Source: a virus
Lineage: Duplodnaviria; Heunggongvirae; Uroviricota; Caudoviricetes
IMG/VR virus record: IMGVR_UViG_2681813267_000008
Coordinates: 1 to 9,875 of that record
Reading direction: 5' to 3' (one strand)
Length of the DNA stretch: 9,875 nucleotides
The translations under genes were made by a program, and so were the position numbers. This document shows, piece by piece, positions 6,132-9,875 of this stretch; the first letter of the stretch is position 1, and every line of letters begins with the position of its first letter. The notes beneath the pieces are model-generated. The model worked only from the letters and a program-made list of their open reading frames with translations. It did no database searches and was not told the DNA's origin.

Positions 6132-7190
6132 ATGCTTAATACTGTAAAAATATCCAGTTGTGAGTTAATCAACGCCGACTGCCTGGAATTTATCCGGTCG
6201 TTACCCGAAAATTCTGTTGACCTGATAGTCACGGACCCGCCGTACTTTAAAGTGAAGCCTGAGGGCTGGGATAACCAGTGGAAGGGCGACGATGATTACC
6301 TGAAGTGGCTGGACCAGTGTCTGGCGCAGTTCTGGCGGGTGCTGAAACCTGCCGGAAGTCTTTACCTGTTCTGTGGTCATCGCCTGGCATCTGATATCGA
6401 AATCATGATGCGTGAACGCTTCAGTGTGCTGAACCATATTATCTGGGCGAAGCCGTCCGGACGCTGGAACGGATGCAACAAGGAAAGCCTGCGGGCGTAT
6501 TTCCCCGCCACAGAGCGCATTCTGTTCGCGGAACATTATCAGGGGCCGTATCGTCCGAAAGATGCCGGGTATGCGGCGAAGGGCAGTGCACTGAAACAGC
6601 ATGTGATGGCCCCGCTGATTTCTTACTTTCGTGATGCGCGAGCTGCCCTGGGGATAACGGCAAAACAGATTGCAGATGCCACAGGAAAGAAAAACATGGT
6701 GTCGCACTGGTTCAGTGCCGGTCAGTGGCAGTTGCCGAATGAAAGCGATTATCTGAAATTACAGGCGCTGTTTGCCCGGGTGGCAGAAGAGAAGCATCGG
6801 CGTGGTGAACTGGAAAAGCTCCACCACCAGCTGGTGGATACGTATACCTCACTGAACCGGCAGTATGCGGAGCTGCTGAGTGAATATAAACATCTGCGGC
6901 GGTATTTTGGCGTGACGGTGCAGGTGCCGTATACCGATGTGTGGACGCATAAACCGGTGCAGTTCTATCCCGGGAAACATCCGTGCGAAAAACCGGCAGA
7001 AATGCTGCAGCAGATAATCAGCGCTAGCAGTCGTCCGGGTGACCTGATTGCAGATTTTTTCATGGGGTTGGGTTCGACAGTGAAAGCGGCACTGGCGCTC
7101 GGGCGTCGTGCAATTGGCGTTGAGCTGGAGACTGAACGTTTTGAGCAGACGGTTCGGGAAGTACAGGATTTAGTCAGCCAGAACGGATGA
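6132..7190 (+). CDS. DNA methyltransferase, beta-class amino-MTase (second identical copy)
   Basis: 352-aa translation identical to 3761-4819. Upstream homology begins exactly at the ambiguous base 6012, inside the left arm of the 12-bp inverted repeat. Confidence 0.85.
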   Translation: MLNTVKISSCELINADCLEFIRSLPENSVDLIVTDPPYFKVKPEGWDNQWKGDDDYLKWLDQCLAQFWRVLKPAGSLYLFCGHRLASDIEIMMRERFSVLNHIIWAKPSGRWNGCNKESLRAYFPATERILFAEHYQGPYRPKDAGYAAKGSALKQHVMAPLISYFRDARAALGITAKQIADATGKKNMVSHWFSAGQWQLPNESDYLKLQALFARVAEEKHRRGELEKLHHQLVDTYTSLNRQYAELLSEYKHLRRYFGVTVQVPYTDVWTHKPVQFYPGKHPCEKPAEMLQQIISASSRPGDLIADFFMGLGSTVKAALALGRRAIGVELETERFEQTVREVQDLVSQNG

Positions 7191-7230
7191 TATTGAAGAA
7201 TTAATTACGCGTCGTTATTATGCGGCTCCC

Positions 7231-7306
7231 GGCCCTTTAGCTCAGTGGTGAGAGCGAGCGACTCATAATCGCCAGGTCGCTGGTTCAAATCCAGCAAGGG
7301 CCACCA
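7231..7306 (+). tRNA. ileZ: tRNA-Ile2-like, anticodon CAU (copy 3)
   Basis: Identical to 4860-4935. Confidence 0.8.
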
Positions 7307-7313
7307 TCACATA

Positions 7314-7390
7314 CCGCCATTAGCTCATCAGGAAAGAGCGCCAGCCTTCGAAGCTGGCTGCGCGGGGTTCAAGTCCCCGATGGCGGTCCA
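7314..7390 (+). tRNA. argN: tRNA-Arg, anticodon UCG (copy 3)
   Basis: Identical to 4943-5019. Confidence 0.75.
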
Positions 7391-7403
7391 TTATCTGCAT
7401 CAT

Positions 7404-7480
7404 GCGTTGTTAGCTCAGCCGGACAGAGCAATTGCCTTCTAAGCAATCGGTCACTGGTTCGAATCCAGTACAACGCGCCA
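7404..7480 (+). tRNA. argO: tRNA-Arg, anticodon UCU (copy 3; acceptor stem fully Watson-Crick)
   Basis: Same fold as the other copies, but the 3' acceptor strand is ACAACGC instead of ACAGCGC, which converts the G-U pair to A-U. Confidence 0.8.
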
Positions 7481-7494
7481 CACTTATTTTCCCT

Positions 7495-7520
7495 GGCTCG
7501 CTTTTGCGGGCCTTTTTTTT
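7495..7520 (+). terminator. Rho-independent terminator immediately after the tRNA array
   Basis: Stem GGCTCGC / GCGGGCC (one G-U pair), loop TTTT, then TTTTTTTT at 7513-7520. Confidence 0.55.
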
Positions 7521-7967
7521 AAATGTCTCACAATTCAGACGGTTGACAGTTGTCTGTTTTGCGGGGAGTTTGTTAAAAGAAACTGGCATGGTGAATCCCC
7601 CTGTGCGGAGGGGCAATCAGCGAGTAGGTATATGGGATAATCGCGGATTCAGGTGCTGGTACTGAATTCACCGGGAGGCACCCGGCATCATGCAATGGCA
7701 CATAGCGCCACTCTCCAGCCCTCTCCGGAGGGGCTTTTCTGTGCCGGATACATCACAGTTTCTGGAACCTTAGGTACTACAGTATCAGTCAGGGTGCTAT
7801 ATTTTCAGATGTGATGAAAGCCTGTCAGCAGGCAGGGCGTATCGGAAATGACCCAGTAGAGAAAACGTTGACTCAGATACCGGTGCTGAGTTACCGGGAA
7901 ACCGGCATCACATGACCGCTATCCTGAGGTGTACTGGCAATAGCGGACACTACCATTTGTTCTTTTT

Positions 7968-8786
7968 TTAAGCAGCCATCTGATGATATTTTTCCCTGAA
8001 GGCTGCCGGGGAGATATTCCCCAGACGAGAGTGACGACGCTGACGATTGTAGAAAATCTCAATGTATTCCCGTATTACTGAGATGGCTTCATCCCGGTTA
8101 TTAAAACGATAGTGGCTCAGGCTCTCATTTTTCAGCGTTCCCCAGAAGCTTTCCATCGGAGCGTTGTCGTAACAGTTACCTTTACGCGACATTGATGTTT
8201 TCAGACCAGACTGCTCCTGTATGACCCGGTAATCGTATGCGCAGTACTGTGAACCTCGATCAGAGTGGTGGATTAGCCCGGCAGGTGGGCGCTGGCTCCT
8301 GAGCGCCATAAACAGGGCTTTACCTGTCAGCTCTTTTGTCATGCGCTCTCCCATGGCGTAGCCGACAATTTCGCACGTATAAACATCTTTGATGCCAGCG
8401 AGGTACAACCATCCCTCCTGTGTGGCAACATACGTCAGGTCCGCCACCCAGACCTGATTTGGTGCTGTAGGAGCGAACGTCTGGTTCAGCAGATTTGGCG
8501 CAACTGGCAGATTGTGGTTCGAGTTCGTAGTCGCTCTGAACTTGCGTTTCTGCTTACAGCGTAGCCTTAGCTCCTTACGAAGACGTGCCAGTCGGTCACG
8601 ACCAACGATGATGCCATTCTCTGCCAGCTCCGTCTGGAGCCGCCGGGTTCCATATGTTTCGCGAGTGCGGATATGTGCCACCTTAATCTCCAGTTTTAGC
8701 CGCTCATCACTTTGTTTTCTGTCTGAGGGTTCATGCTGTACCCAGTTGTAATAACCGCTCCTGGATACACCAAATACCTGACACAT
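7968..8786 (-). CDS. IS3-family transposase OrfB (DDE integrase core), 272 aa from the annotated ATG; naturally expressed as an OrfAB frameshift fusion
   Basis: Catalytic residues in VWVADLTY, HHSDRGSQY and YDNAPMESF. The frame stays open upstream into the orfA overlap. Confidence 0.9.
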   Translation of the reverse strand: MCQVFGVSRSGYYNWVQHEPSDRKQSDERLKLEIKVAHIRTRETYGTRRLQTELAENGIIVGRDRLARLRKELRLRCKQKRKFRATTNSNHNLPVAPNLLNQTFAPTAPNQVWVADLTYVATQEGWLYLAGIKDVYTCEIVGYAMGERMTKELTGKALFMALRSQRPPAGLIHHSDRGSQYCAYDYRVIQEQSGLKTSMSRKGNCYDNAPMESFWGTLKNESLSHYRFNNRDEAISVIREYIEIFYNRQRRHSRLGNISPAAFREKYHQMAA

Positions 8787-8821
8787 CGCTTCAATGGGAA
8801 ATTGTTGTCGCCATTGTTCGA

Positions 8822-9062
8822 TTAACGCGTATTTTTCAGCGACTCCTGTGCAAAATACGCTGTTGCTTTTTTTAATATATCTCGCTCAAGGCGAGCTTCA
8901 TTTAACGCCTTACGCAGTTGCAGAATTTCAGATTCCAGTTCAGCCACCGTGCGGGAACCAGGAGTACCGAGCCCTTTTCTGGCGGCGGTAACCCATTGTC
9001 CTAAAGTGCCTTCAGGAAGAGATAATCGGGAAGCGCCTTCACTGATCGAAAGTTGATTTTCA
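8822..9062 (-). CDS. IS3-family transposase OrfA, 3' portion only (5' end lost in the N gap)
   Basis: Minus-strand translation reads ...GQWVTAARKGLGTPGSRTVAELESEILQLRKALNEARLERDILKKATAYFAQESLKNTR then stop (plus 8822-8824). Leucine-zipper-like heptads and an A AAA AAA slippery site are present. Confidence 0.75.
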
Positions 9063-9073
9063 NNNNNNNNNNN
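9063..9073. other. Assembly gap (11 N)
   Basis: Run of N. Sequence on the left is IS interior; sequence on the right resumes in the terminator-like hairpin repeat. Confidence 0.95.
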
Positions 9074-9121
9074 CTCCGGAGGGGCTGTTTATATTGATTT
9101 TGTCAGATGTGAGTAAACTCC

Positions 9122-9457
9122 TTATGGACTTTGTTGTTTTAGTCCATAAGGACATATTTGCAGAGTGCAACGGTTATTAAAGCATTCATTCAATACGTTA
9201 TCTGTATTTGTAGGGCATTCCTGGCTATTTTTGATTGAATTCCAGAATGTTTTATTGAATGGTACTACGTTGTAAATGGTTACAGGTAGCACTTTGTTAT
9301 TGAGCATGATGCCTGTGTGAGTCAGTGTAAATATACTTTCAGGAGGTAAGAAAGCATCCGATTGATACCAGATTATTAATTTTATTTTACTCCATATGAC
9401 TGAAAAAGATATTCCGCATGATGGCTGGATAACTGTATCAATCACAATCCACTTCAT
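9122..9457 (-). CDS. Hypothetical Cys-containing protein (111 aa) in an AT-rich cargo block
   Basis: True ATG with SD AAGGAA 5 nt upstream on the minus strand. The ORF ends inside a perfect 11-bp-stem hairpin (9120-9151). The surrounding ~600 bp is visibly AT-rich. I recognise no family. Confidence 0.45.
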   Translation of the reverse strand: MKWIVIDTVIQPSCGISFSVIWSKIKLIIWYQSDAFLPPESIFTLTHTGIMLNNKVLPVTIYNVVPFNKTFWNSIKNSQECPTNTDNVLNECFNNRCTLQICPYGLKQQSP

Positions 9458-9717
9458 TTAGTTTCCTTGTTTATGCCTTGCTGGTGATGTTCTGAAAAGT
9501 ATAAATGATATTTTTGAATGTAAACCATAGAGCAGAATTATTTTTCTGATGTTGTTTATTGTTTATTTAAATGCAGGGTGGTTTATATCTCGTCTTGTAG
9601 TTTATCCATGCATATCTGCTTGATAATCAGGTTTTTATTTAAGGTATGGTTTTGTGTTTTTTCTGTATTACATGTCAGGTATTTTAAAGAATTATTTTTC
9701 AGATGGTGGAAAGAACC

Positions 9718-9844
9718 ATGGCATTTAAACACTATGATGTTGTCAGGGCGGCGCCGCCGTCAGATCTTGCGGAAAAGCTGACACATAAACTGAAAGAGGG
9801 CTGGCAGCCGTTTGGTAGTCCGGTGGCCATAACCCCTTATACCC
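9718..9844 (+). CDS. Small hypothetical prophage protein, interrupted after codon 42 by the IS3-family element
   Basis: ATG 9718 is preceded by GGTGGA. Translation MAFKHYDVVRAAPPSDLAEKLTHKLKEGWQPFGSPVAITPYT runs in frame straight into the IS terminus at 9845. Confidence 0.35.
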
Positions 9845-9875
9845 TGAGGTGTACTGGCAATAGCGGACACTACCA
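9845..9875 (-). mobile_element. Terminus of a second copy of the same IS3-family element (continues beyond the window)
   Basis: 9845-9875 (TGAGGTGTACTGGCAATAGCGGACACTACCA) is identical to 7925-7955; the flanking DNA differs, so this is an independent insertion. Confidence 0.65.

Larger units (their letters stand above)
7925..9062 (-). mobile_element. IS3-family insertion sequence (IS3 group; possibly IS600-like), partial: right end, orfB and 3' part of orfA, truncated by the N gap
   Basis: Terminus begins TGAGGTGTACTGGCAATAGCGGACAC. orfA and orfB are in -1 frame relationship with an A7 slippery run (plus-strand T7 at 8867-8873). orfB has a DDE core. The same terminus recurs at 9845. Confidence 0.8.

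Noticed and set aside
8512-8991. Plus-strand ORFs inside the IS element (8512-8751, 8794-8991)
   Set aside because: Antisense to the transposase orfA/orfB frames, which are supported by the DDE motif and frameshift site.
9578-9781. Plus ORF 9578-9781 (67 aa)
   Set aside because: AT-rich low-complexity product, no SD, and it conflicts with the better-supported ATG 9718 ORF in another frame.
1-9875. CRISPR array
   Set aside because: The repeats are kilobase-scale duplicated gene modules and IS termini, not short regularly spaced direct repeats with unique spacers.

Overview
This window is a composite of lambdoid-prophage late-regulatory modules, most consistent with an Escherichia/Shigella-type genome; that attribution is from memory, not a search. 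The basic module is rusA, a Q-like antiterminator, a pR'-like promoter and tR'-like terminator, then a three-gene rare-codon tRNA array (Ile-CAU, Arg-UCG, Arg-UCU). It occurs three times in diverged or partial form. Copies 2 and 3 carry an extra cargo block between tR' and the tRNAs: a small PapI/FaeA-like winged-helix ORF (present only in copy 2) plus a beta-class N6/N4 DNA methyltransferase (two identical copies). A ~650 bp segment with a 117-aa ORF follows the tRNAs in copies 1 and 2 but is replaced by a 47-bp terminator in copy 3. The window starts with an IS2-like end, contains an IS3-family element (orfA, -1 frameshift, orfB) cut by an N gap, and ends in a second copy of the same IS terminus. 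Between the gap and the last IS lies an AT-rich block with one well-supported orphan ORF. Both single 'n' bases (2769, 6012) and the N run (9063-9073) fall exactly at homology breakpoints, so adjacency across them is probably an assembly artefact rather than a real tandem array. No CRISPR array, rRNA or recognisable toxin gene was found. The most plausible candidate for an undescribed system is the PapI-like ORF plus methyltransferase cargo, but that is inference from motifs only.
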